This document shows positions 9,273-17,384 of a stretch of 22,459 bases of DNA, one piece after another (within the stretch, counting starts at the first letter, position 1; each line of letters starts with the position of its first letter). A model generated the notes under the pieces. It had not been told where the DNA came from and ran no database searches. It saw nothing but the letters and a program-made list of their open reading frames with translations. Both the position numbers and the translations under genes were made by a program. Location: positions 1-22,459 of the forward strand of contig JAKQQL010000141.1 in the NCBI GenBank assembly GCA_029564175.1, read 5' to 3'. Source of the DNA: Candidatus Cloacimonadota bacterium. Its GTDB lineage: Bacteria > Cloacimonadota > Cloacimonadia > Cloacimonadales > WRIO01.

Positions 9273-11081
9273 TTAATATTGTTGATTGGCATGATTATTG
9301 GATTGATGATTTTTTTTCATTTGCAAGTATTCCTGTAACGATTGGTTAATATTCGCTAGAATTGGCTGGTGGTTATTATTTTCAAGTAATTTAAGTGCTT
9401 CTTGTATCCCTTTTACAGCCTCCTGAACTGCACCAGAAGCATGTACCATTTCTTGTCTTTTATCGGACACAGCTTTAAGCCCATTTCTTATCTCACTGTA
9501 CATATTTTCGAACACTCTTGTTGTTGTTACAATTTGTTCAGATAGTTCGCTGGTTATAGATGCGAACCTAATTTGAGTGTCTTCTTGTTGTTTTCTGCTT
9601 TCTTTAGCAATTTCTTCCTGAATCTTAACTGCTTTTTCTAGATTATCTTTTTGATTATTGACTGAATCACTTATAGCATTTCCAACATTCCCAAGGGTTT
9701 TGGTTATTTCATTATTCATTGTATTCACTGCATTTGAAATCGAATTCGTTGCACTACTTAGGTCTTTTGCCATTTTTTCTAAATTTGTTTTAAAGTTACT
9801 ATTCATTTCTTTGATTGTTTTATTCATACTGGTTTCTTGAGTTTGAATAGCCGAGTTAAGAGATTCTTTTATACCTGACAGAGTATTATTAACCTGCTTA
9901 TCCATTTTATCTACTGAACATGCTATCGAGTTTGTTGCTTCACCTAAATCATTAGCTACAACTTCTAAATTTTCGTTGAAATCATCGCTCATTTTGGTGA
10001 GTACTTCAGTTACCTTTGATTCAAAATTAACTATAGCAGTATCCAATTTGGATGCTGATTTCCCCATACTAACAGATGCTTCAGACATTTTTGAACCAGT
10101 TTCCTGCATTTCATTAAGAGTGTTTTCATTTGCTGTAATGAAATTTTCGATAGATTCTTTTAAAGAATATGTATTCTCGGATACATTTTTTGTCTCTTTT
10201 ACTATTTCTTTTGATAATTTTTCAGATGATTTAGAAATGGTATTATTCATTGATACTTGCGAATTATTAATTTCATTGATTATTGAGTTTTTATTTGAAT
10301 TGTTTTGATTTATTGACTCTCTAAAGAGGTTAGTCATATTTGAATTAAGTTCGATAATTTTATTAATATTTGTATTGCTAAAATCACATACTTTATTTAA
10401 CTGCTCAATTAAATGATTCTTTTGATTTTCTGTAACTTCAACAAGTGATTTATTAATTTGATTTAAGCACTTTATCGTGTCTTGATGTCTGATTTCTTCA
10501 ATAATTGTAAGTTGATCCCTTCTGGTATTCATTTCTTCTTTAGTTTTTTTGATGGTCCATTTGAGCCTGTTTTCTTCAAACCCATTTTTAGATATCCAAT
10601 ATCTAAATATCAGATTAGCAAGAATACCCCATACCGAAGTAATAAAATTAACTCCTAACTTATTAAGCATCGATACTAGTTTTTCCATCGCCGTGTCCAT
10701 ACCTGATAGTTTTGCTTGAGAAATAATTTTAGATGCTTCATCAAGTGATAGACCTAATCCTAAGAAAGTTCCTAACAGCCCTAAAATCAATAAGATACCA
10801 GGTAATATTTCTGCAAATTTTTCAGGTGCAGTTGCAATTGCCTGTGAAATTTCCAATACCGACCCTTGTTCAGAATCCATATCATCATTTTGTGCATTTT
10901 CTGTATTATTTTTCCAGTTATTATTCCAATTAAAAGCATTGGCTTTCTTCTTAACTCCCCATACAGCCCAAAAAGACAAGCTTAAAATTATCAGAAGAAA
11001 AAAAGCTTGAAAAAAATCATTAGGTGCGAGATATTTAAAAACATCAATAAAAATGCTTAAATTATTTGTAAAATTTCCCAT
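9273..11081 (-). CDS. zorA: ZorA-like MotA/TolQ/ExbB-family subunit with long coiled-coil tail
   Basis: Three TM helices with MotA/ExbB-type motifs GLLGTFLGL and FITSVWG, then a ~430-aa helical tail. Lies directly upstream of the MotB/OmpA gene, as in ZorA. Confidence 0.82.
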   Translation of the reverse strand: MGNFTNNLSIFIDVFKYLAPNDFFQAFFLLIILSLSFWAVWGVKKKANAFNWNNNWKNNTENAQNDDMDSEQGSVLEISQAIATAPEKFAEILPGILLILGLLGTFLGLGLSLDEASKIISQAKLSGMDTAMEKLVSMLNKLGVNFITSVWGILANLIFRYWISKNGFEENRLKWTIKKTKEEMNTRRDQLTIIEEIRHQDTIKCLNQINKSLVEVTENQKNHLIEQLNKVCDFSNTNINKIIELNSNMTNLFRESINQNNSNKNSIINEINNSQVSMNNTISKSSEKLSKEIVKETKNVSENTYSLKESIENFITANENTLNEMQETGSKMSEASVSMGKSASKLDTAIVNFESKVTEVLTKMSDDFNENLEVVANDLGEATNSIACSVDKMDKQVNNTLSGIKESLNSAIQTQETSMNKTIKEMNSNFKTNLEKMAKDLSSATNSISNAVNTMNNEITKTLGNVGNAISDSVNNQKDNLEKAVKIQEEIAKESRKQQEDTQIRFASITSELSEQIVTTTRVFENMYSEIRNGLKAVSDKRQEMVHASGAVQEAVKGIQEALKLLENNNHQPILANINQSLQEYLQMKKNHQSNNHANQQY

Positions 11082-11082
11082 T

Positions 11083-12324
11083 TTAAACCGCCATTTCTAT
11101 AGTATTATTTAATATAGCATGTTCTCTTGCTATTCTTGCTTCTCTAAAAATGTTAGCATAGTCAATGATTAAATCTTTTTCATCTTCGCTTAAACTTTTC
11201 CATTCTCTGTCTTGTTCTGCACATTGAATGATTATCATTCCTACATCGTAGCCCTTTTCAATCAGATATGTTTTTCCAATTATTTGTTCATTTTCTTCAA
11301 GTATTTGCAAAAATCCTTCTGCTGCATCAACATAGACTGTTCTTTCAATGATTTGTTCTTTTATTTTTTTTAAATCATTATCTTCTGCAAAAACAATTTC
11401 TTCTAACTTAAATATTTCCTCTTTTTCAATATCTGTTAAATGATATCCAAGCTTTATTTTTGTTTGTAGGGGCTTTAGTGTTACTTTTTGTTTGATTAAG
11501 ATATTATTTCTTTCATTCCATTTTTTTTCTAAATCTTCAACTTGTTTTGACCATGATGCAATCATTTCTTCAAATATAAATGGAATTAGATTTTTCCCAT
11601 ATCTTTTTAGAATCATTCCATTAAGCATTTCCATAGATGTATCATCAATATGAGGATCTTTTTTTAGCAATTCTCGTCCAATCTCTAATAGAAAGAGTTC
11701 TCCTTTACCAATTGATGTCATATCTTTGCCATTTTGAAAGGATTCTTCTGTCAATTTTAGCAATTTTTGTGTAGCTCTTAATCTCAAATAATGCTCAAAA
11801 TCATTAACTGAATTTTTATCAAAAATATTTTGAATTTCTGATTGAACAAGTACAAATTCATTAATAATTTCGCCAATTTGTATTGCTTTTCTTTCTTCTT
11901 CAGGCAATAAATCTTTTGCTTCAATGAAAATACTTTTTCTTTCCTCAGCTTCTCTTCTTTCTCCTTCATCCAATATATATGTTTTAATTTTTTGTGCTGC
12001 ATTTATAGTCCAGTTTATTGCTTTCCCCAATTTAGTAGCTAAAACAGTCTTTTCAATTTTTTCTAAAAAAGTTATTGCTTTTTCTAAGGCTTTTGCTGCT
12101 GCTTGTAATGGAGGCCAAGGAATAAACTGAATTATCTTTAAAGCTGGTTTTATGTATTTTTTAACAACTTCCCATACGGTTTTTACTCCACCAATAAATT
12201 GTTCTGCTTTTTCAGCCATCCATGTAACAGCACTCTTGACTCCATTATAAACTGTCGATGCGACTGAACAGATAGCATTACCAACAGCTCTACAACAACT
12301 ACCCACAAATGACCAGAATCCCAT
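11083..12324 (-). CDS. Hypothetical protein with amphipathic N-terminal helices and coiled-coil C-terminus
   Basis: 413-aa ORF with 1-nt gaps to both neighbours and RBS GAGG. Starts MGFWSFVGSCCRAVGNAICSVASTVYNGVKSAV. No catalytic motif recognised. Confidence 0.85.
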   Translation of the reverse strand: MGFWSFVGSCCRAVGNAICSVASTVYNGVKSAVTWMAEKAEQFIGGVKTVWEVVKKYIKPALKIIQFIPWPPLQAAAKALEKAITFLEKIEKTVLATKLGKAINWTINAAQKIKTYILDEGERREAEERKSIFIEAKDLLPEEERKAIQIGEIINEFVLVQSEIQNIFDKNSVNDFEHYLRLRATQKLLKLTEESFQNGKDMTSIGKGELFLLEIGRELLKKDPHIDDTSMEMLNGMILKRYGKNLIPFIFEEMIASWSKQVEDLEKKWNERNNILIKQKVTLKPLQTKIKLGYHLTDIEKEEIFKLEEIVFAEDNDLKKIKEQIIERTVYVDAAEGFLQILEENEQIIGKTYLIEKGYDVGMIIIQCAEQDREWKSLSEDEKDLIIDYANIFREARIAREHAILNNTIEMAV

Positions 12325-12325
12325 T

Positions 12326-13282
12326 TTATACCTCTTCCTTATTTTTTATTCCTAATAGATTTCTAGATATGTCTATATCACTTTTTAATAATGGATTGAC
12401 TAATTTTCCAACTTCTTTATGTGATTTTCTTACTTTTTCGATTGATTCCTGCAGATGTAATTTCTTTAATTTACAAGATGAGATTTCTAAATTCTGATTC
12501 CTACATTCCAGTAGTGGTTTTGGTAAAGCAATTCGCATACAGGTTCTGATATCCCGTCCTGATAGACCTTCAGACTCATTGACTAATTCGTCTATAAATA
12601 AATCCAGTTCTTCTTCTAAGGGGATTGTCTCAATTAAATGTTTTTTCCATATAGCTTTTCTTGATTGAAAATCAGGTAATTCAAAAGCGATATGATGACT
12701 AATTCTTGCTTCAAAGGCCTTGTCATAATTTTCTGCAAAATTAGTCGCAAAAATAACAATTCCTTCATGTTTTTCTAATTCTGTTAACATCGTTGATCTG
12801 CAAGCATTAACTTCATTATCAACTCCTTGAGTTACAGAAGACAATCTTTTTCCTAATAAAGTGTCAGCCTCATCAAAAAATAATACAGCTTCATGTGCTT
12901 TCGCTATTTTAAAAATGTATTGTATATTTTTAGCGGTTTCACCCATGAACTTACTCTCTAAGTCGGCAATCCCTACAGCTAAAAATTTTTTTTTTAAAGA
13001 ACCCGCAAAAGCTTCTGCTGTTAAAGTCTTGCCAGTACCTGATGGGCCATAGAAATTCAGTATGATCCCTTTTCCTGTTGGATCAACTTCTTTAAAATTC
13101 CATTCATGATAAATGACTTCATGATACTCAATTTTTGTTAAGGCTTCCTGGATTTGAATTTCTAATTTATCAGATAAAACAACATCTTTTTGAAGCGTAT
13201 ATCTTGGTATTTGTGGATAAAGAGATATTTTCTCAATATTTTTGTTACTTAGTAATTCTTCTGTATTGGATTCTTTTTTCAT
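12326..13282 (-). CDS. Classical-clade AAA+ ATPase (single ATPase module)
   Basis: Walker A GPSGTGKT, pore loop SKFMGET, Walker B LFFDEAD, sensor-1 ATN, second region of homology DKAFEARI. RBS GGAG. Confidence 0.92.
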   Translation of the reverse strand: MKKESNTEELLSNKNIEKISLYPQIPRYTLQKDVVLSDKLEIQIQEALTKIEYHEVIYHEWNFKEVDPTGKGIILNFYGPSGTGKTLTAEAFAGSLKKKFLAVGIADLESKFMGETAKNIQYIFKIAKAHEAVLFFDEADTLLGKRLSSVTQGVDNEVNACRSTMLTELEKHEGIVIFATNFAENYDKAFEARISHHIAFELPDFQSRKAIWKKHLIETIPLEEELDLFIDELVNESEGLSGRDIRTCMRIALPKPLLECRNQNLEISSCKLKKLHLQESIEKVRKSHKEVGKLVNPLLKSDIDISRNLLGIKNKEEV

Positions 13283-13293
13283 ACTATCTCCAT

Positions 13294-14271
13294 TTATTCA
13301 TATTCTCTATACATTTCATCGATTGTTTTTTTGATTTCGTCGATTAGTTCAGGTGGATCGAGGACTTTAACGCCTGAACCATAAGACATGACAAATTTTC
13401 TGATTTCGGAGAGGGAAGTGGCAGGTAATTCGAGGAGGAGATTCCCGTCTTCGAGGACTTTGCTTTTTTGTTTGGGATGCCAGATTCTTTCGCTGATGTA
13501 GGGGACAAGTTCCTTTTTGAAGAGGAGTCTGACCTGAAAGCCTTTGCCTGGGTAGATGCCGAAGGAGTCTTCGAAGAATTTACCGGCATCAAAATTGATG
13601 TGGTCTTTGGGTTCTGGGAGTATGATGGCTTCGCTCATACGGTTGATAGCATAGATGAGCACTTTATTTTTGGCAGTGGAAAATCCAGCGATATAGAAAT
13701 TATGTTCATGCTGTTTAAGGCAGAGAACCGTTACGGTATGCTCTTTTTGTTTGCCCGAGTAGATACTGTTGTATTTGAATTTGAGTTTTTTGCCCTGAAG
13801 GATGGCTGAGATAATCTGAGACAGACTCTTGCCGGATTCTTCTGACCAGGGGATGCTTGCCCTGGTGTCGGGCAGGATATAATTCCATACCTTCTGATAG
13901 AATTTGATCAATTCCGGTGATGACTGGCTGTGCATCTTATCAAAACAGTCTTTTATTACGCCATCAAAATATGCCTGTAAAGGAAAGGCAGACTTAAATA
14001 TAAACAAGAGACTCATGAATTCATCCTGATTGAGGCTGATAGAAGGAAATTTGTAATGAGATAACATCTTGTAATAGACCTGATTATGGTCCTGATCATG
14101 TTCAGAATAAATCGGAAATGATAAAGTCGAGAGATAGAAAATATCCCTTTGAATGGTTTTCTTGGAGACACCACGCTCTTCAGCCAGGGACTTTAAAGAA
14201 ATCCCCCGATTGGCATGAGCGTAGATACTCTGCAAAATGCACCACTGTCTGAAAAATGCCTTTTCTTCCAT
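13294..14271 (-). CDS. WYL-domain transcriptional regulator (wHTH-WYL-WCX)
   Basis: HTH SLKSLAEERGVSKKTIQRDI; WYL region FKY...FYIAG...YAINRM; WCX region ERIWHPKQ...SYGSGVKVLDPPEL. ATG 14271 with GAGGTG RBS is preferred to GTG 14280. Confidence 0.93.
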   Translation of the reverse strand: MEEKAFFRQWCILQSIYAHANRGISLKSLAEERGVSKKTIQRDIFYLSTLSFPIYSEHDQDHNQVYYKMLSHYKFPSISLNQDEFMSLLFIFKSAFPLQAYFDGVIKDCFDKMHSQSSPELIKFYQKVWNYILPDTRASIPWSEESGKSLSQIISAILQGKKLKFKYNSIYSGKQKEHTVTVLCLKQHEHNFYIAGFSTAKNKVLIYAINRMSEAIILPEPKDHINFDAGKFFEDSFGIYPGKGFQVRLLFKKELVPYISERIWHPKQKSKVLEDGNLLLELPATSLSEIRKFVMSYGSGVKVLDPPELIDEIKKTIDEMYREYE

Positions 14272-14390
14272 AAGACACACCTCTTACTTGGTTTTTGGAC
14301 TGCGCATTGAAAACACACAGACTTCTGCAAATCCCTGTTGGACATTTGGACTTACATTGATTCACATTATTTTATTTATTACAAAGTCAA

Positions 14391-14418
14391 ATATTAAGAA
14401 TTTGAATCTGACTGTCAA
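14391..14418 (-). promoter_or_regulatory. Candidate sigma70 promoter of the WYL operon
   Basis: Minus strand TTGACA-16 nt-TAATAT. The -35 overlaps a TGAC-N-GTCA palindrome at 14409-14417. Confidence 0.45.
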
Positions 14419-14563
14419 GTGAAATTATTTGTTAATTTTAAATTCTATTCTAAGTATGATATTAGCAAACAATTAGCCATAACAGAGTATGGACAAAAAA
14501 AAGAGATTTATGCAAGAAAAAATTAGAGAAATTGTCTTTGGAGGATAAAAATATGCTATTCAG

Positions 14564-15274
14564 AACCACGGATAGGACGGATTTTCACGGATAATTAGAA
14601 CAAAGAGAACCAGAGAACGCAGAGGTAGGGCAAAGAGGGATGATAAAATGATTTTTCTACAACCACGGAAGGCACTGAAAACACGGAAAAGAGTTAGTAA
14701 AACACGGATAAGGGGCCAGTGATAACCCTGAAATGGTGCCATTATTGTAGCAATTGTTGGGATGCACAAAGCGCAGCGCCGTTCATCCGAAATAGTATAA
14801 TCATAAACTTTCAATCAAACTTTTGTTATTTTTTTGGTTTTCTCTATGCTCTCTTGTCCTCTAGCGAAGCGATTGTTTTAATTTTAACCAAAGATGATTG
14901 GAACAAAGAGAACCAGAGAACGCAGAGGTAGGGCAAAGAGGGATGATAAAATGATTTTTCTACAACCACGGAAGGCACTGAAAACACGGAAAAGAGTATG
15001 TTAACCACGGATAGGACTGATCTACACGGATAAGGGGCCAGTGATAACCCCTAATTGTAGCAATTGTAGGGATGCACAAAGCGTAGCGCCGTTCATCCGA
15101 AATAGAATAATGTAACGCTTTCAATCATCTTTTCTATCTTCTGGTTTTCTCTTTGATCTCTTGTCCTCTAGCGAAGCGATTGTTTTAATCTTAACCACGG
15201 AAGGCACTGAAAACACGGAAAAAAGAGTTTGTTAACCACGGATAGGACGGATCTACACGGATAATTAGAACAAA
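14564..15274. repeat. Composite modular repeat array (two ~303-bp tandem units bounded by 41-bp direct repeats)
   Basis: GAACAAAGAGAACCAGAGAACGCAGAGG at 14598 and 14901. AACCACGGATAGGACGGAT..CACGGATAATTAGAACAAA at 14564 and 15234. Embedded GGGATGCACAAAGCG.AGCGCCGTTCATCC palindromes. Confidence 0.92.
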
Positions 15275-15291
15275 TAGTTCTGGGATATATA

Positions 15292-15357
15292 CCGGAGAAA
15301 TGGCAGGTGTAACAAGAGCATAATGCTGCATAAAAGATTATGATCCCATTCCTCCGG
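15292..15357. other. Imperfect long hairpin downstream of the lipoprotein gene (terminator or REP-like)
   Basis: CCGGAGAAATGG pairs with CCATTCCTCCGG (11/12), with an inner CATAAT/ATTATG stem. Confidence 0.4.
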
Positions 15358-15417
15358 CACTAATGATTTTCACTACTATATTCATTTAAAGAGAACGGAT
15401 TTTTTCAGAAGAGAAAC

Positions 15418-16413
15418 TTACAATGAAACTCTCGTGACTTTGATAGGGAAACTGCTTTGATTAAGGGTTTTTAAGTTATATTCACCTGCAGGAATTTTGT
15501 TACCCGTGTTATCATTTAAGTTCCAGTTGTATTGGAAAAAGATTTGATCTGATGTGCTTTTCGGTATGGTAAATGAATGTTTAACTTCATTCATATCATC
15601 TGTAATAACGACTTTCGTATCAATCGTACCTCTTTTAAACTGGAAAACAATTTCATTTCTCTGATCATCATCCTTTAGTTTGATCAGACTGCCTTCTTTT
15701 TTCCCTGATTTAAATGGATAAGGTAATTCGACCTGGGAAAATTGCAAAGAATTGACTAACTGGATTTCAGATTCACTGAGCACTTTTTGATTTGTCGTTT
15801 CAACTGTTTTACAATATAAAATACGACCGCTATTCACATCGATTAGTTTTAGCAGTAAATCCAGGTGCATGATCCTTTTATGATTTCCATCTGATTCGAT
15901 TTGAGTCAGCTGACCACTGTTATAAACAGAATAACTAAGGATTTTATCTGCAGAATTTATTGTCGGATAGTTATTATTGAGGGCAAAAGTACTATCCATT
16001 TTGTTGAATTTGAACGCCAGATTTTTCTTTTCATTGAAAATATTGTAGAGCGAATAGGGATTTCTTTCATAAACATTGATATTTTTGGAAAGCAGATGTG
16101 ATATCATAGAATTTTCAAATAAAAGACGGAAACTATTGGTATCAATACCCGTAATATCTTCAGAACAAAATACAATTTTGTCATTGTTTCCGATTTTGTA
16201 GAGTAAATCTGAAGGGACTGTCAGATTGAGACATAAGTCCTGAAACTGTTTATAACTCAGATTTTTTAATGAAGCTTCGATTTGTGAATTGTTCTTTTCT
16301 AATTGAATGCTTTTGGCTGTTTGAAATGTGGCATAGCTGTTTGGAACAACATTTGTGCAAGCAGTAAATAACAGCGTAACGATCATGATTAAGATTAAGC
16401 TTGTGTTTTTCAT
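15418..16413 (-). CDS. Lipoprotein with probable CsgG/TolB_N-like region and C-terminal FlgD-Ig-like domain
   Basis: The start at 16413 (RBS AAGGAG) gives signal peptide MKNTSLILIMIVTLLFTA-C (lipobox). LKLIDVNSGRIL resembles the CsgG/TolB_N strand motif. WNLNDNTGNKIPAGEY is a FlgD-Ig-type motif. Confidence 0.75.
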   Translation of the reverse strand: MKNTSLILIMIVTLLFTACTNVVPNSYATFQTAKSIQLEKNNSQIEASLKNLSYKQFQDLCLNLTVPSDLLYKIGNNDKIVFCSEDITGIDTNSFRLLFENSMISHLLSKNINVYERNPYSLYNIFNEKKNLAFKFNKMDSTFALNNNYPTINSADKILSYSVYNSGQLTQIESDGNHKRIMHLDLLLKLIDVNSGRILYCKTVETTNQKVLSESEIQLVNSLQFSQVELPYPFKSGKKEGSLIKLKDDDQRNEIVFQFKRGTIDTKVVITDDMNEVKHSFTIPKSTSDQIFFQYNWNLNDNTGNKIPAGEYNLKTLNQSSFPIKVTRVSL

Positions 16414-16414
16414 T

Positions 16415-16567
16415 TTAATTCTCCTTGTCTTCTTGTTTTTGAATGTCTTCTTTACGATCCTGAGATGTAGCATTTTCAAAAATCAGTCTTAAGGTGTGAA
16501 AAAATCCGGAAGGATCTTTATCCTCAAAGCTGTTGGTGTCAGTCTGTGTGTCATGATTTTCTGACAT
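16415..16567 (-). CDS. Small 50-aa acidic protein
   Basis: ATG at 16567 preceded by GGAGG (5-nt spacing). The stop lies 1 nt before the lipoprotein ATG. Confidence 0.6.
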   Translation of the reverse strand: MSENHDTQTDTNSFEDKDPSGFFHTLRLIFENATSQDRKEDIQKQEDKEN

Positions 16568-16654
16568 TTTAACCTCCGATATTAATTTTGGTAATATGAT
16601 AGCACAGCGTTTGGACAAGGTAAGTCCTTAGTGATTATTTTTTTTGAAAAAATT

Positions 16655-16801
16655 AACAAAGAGAACGTAGAGAAAAGGAAAGAGACATGATAAAACGATC
16701 TTTTCCAACCACGGAAAAAGAGTTAGTAAACCACGGATAGGACGGATTTACACGGATAAGGTATACCCAAAAATAACCCTGAAAGGGTGTCATTATTGTA
16801 G
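16655..16801. repeat. Single diverged unit of the modular repeat family
   Basis: AACAAAGAGAAC..., AACCACGGATAGGACGGATTTACACGGATAA, AACCCTGAAAGGGTGTCATTATTGTAG. Confidence 0.85.
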
Positions 16802-16936
16802 ATGTTTGAAGTACGAAAGCAAGCCTTCTATATATTACCCGGACAAAAACGTGATAGATGAGAAAACATAAAAATAGATTTTGTTTTAGCTTGTGATTTT
16901 ACTATATTTTCAACATAAACAGAAAGGAAGTGATTT

Positions 16937-17368
16937 ATGACAACGATCAACATCTATTTGAACTTTTTAGGGAATTGTGAAACCGCTTTTAACTTTTACA
17001 AATCTGTTTTTGGTGGAGAGTTTTCTTATGTAGGCAGATTTAAAGATATGCCAAAACAGGAAGGTATGCCAGATTTACCAGCAGAAATGGAAAATCAGAT
17101 ATTGCATATCTCATTGCCTATCAGTCAGGAAACAATATTGATGGGAAGTGATACCGGCGGGGAATGGGCACCTGATTTTAAACAGGGTAATAACTTCTCA
17201 ATTTCAGTAACTCCTGACAGTAAAGAAGAGGCAGACCGCTTATTTAATGAACTCTCAGTTAACGGAACCATTATCATGCCGATTGATTATGCCTTCTGGG
17301 GAGATTACTATGGACATTTTACCGACCAGTTCGGCATTAACTGGATGATTCTTTATACGCCAGAATAG
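16937..17368 (+). CDS. VOC family protein (PhnB/YjdN-like)
   Basis: YLNFLGNCETAFNFYKSVFGGE...ILMGSD...FWGDYYGHFTDQFGINW. Confidence 0.92.
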   Translation: MTTINIYLNFLGNCETAFNFYKSVFGGEFSYVGRFKDMPKQEGMPDLPAEMENQILHISLPISQETILMGSDTGGEWAPDFKQGNNFSISVTPDSKEEADRLFNELSVNGTIIMPIDYAFWGDYYGHFTDQFGINWMILYTPE

Positions 17369-17384
17369 TTAGTAACATTCCCTT

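Noticed and set aside
8611..11081. Flagellar motAB, or a methyl-accepting chemotaxis protein
   Set aside because: No flagellar or chemotaxis genes nearby and no MCP hairpin-tip signature. The long C-terminal tail after three TMs fits ZorA.
12326..13282. CBASS Cap6/TRIP13 or contractile-injection-system ATPase
   Set aside because: No CD-NTase, HORMA, sheath, tube or baseplate genes are present in the window.
517..14422. Short antisense or alternate-frame ORFs within the large genes (e.g. 517..885, 9976..10308, 13344..13592, 13468..13809)
   Set aside because: Shadow ORFs fully overlapping well-supported genes.
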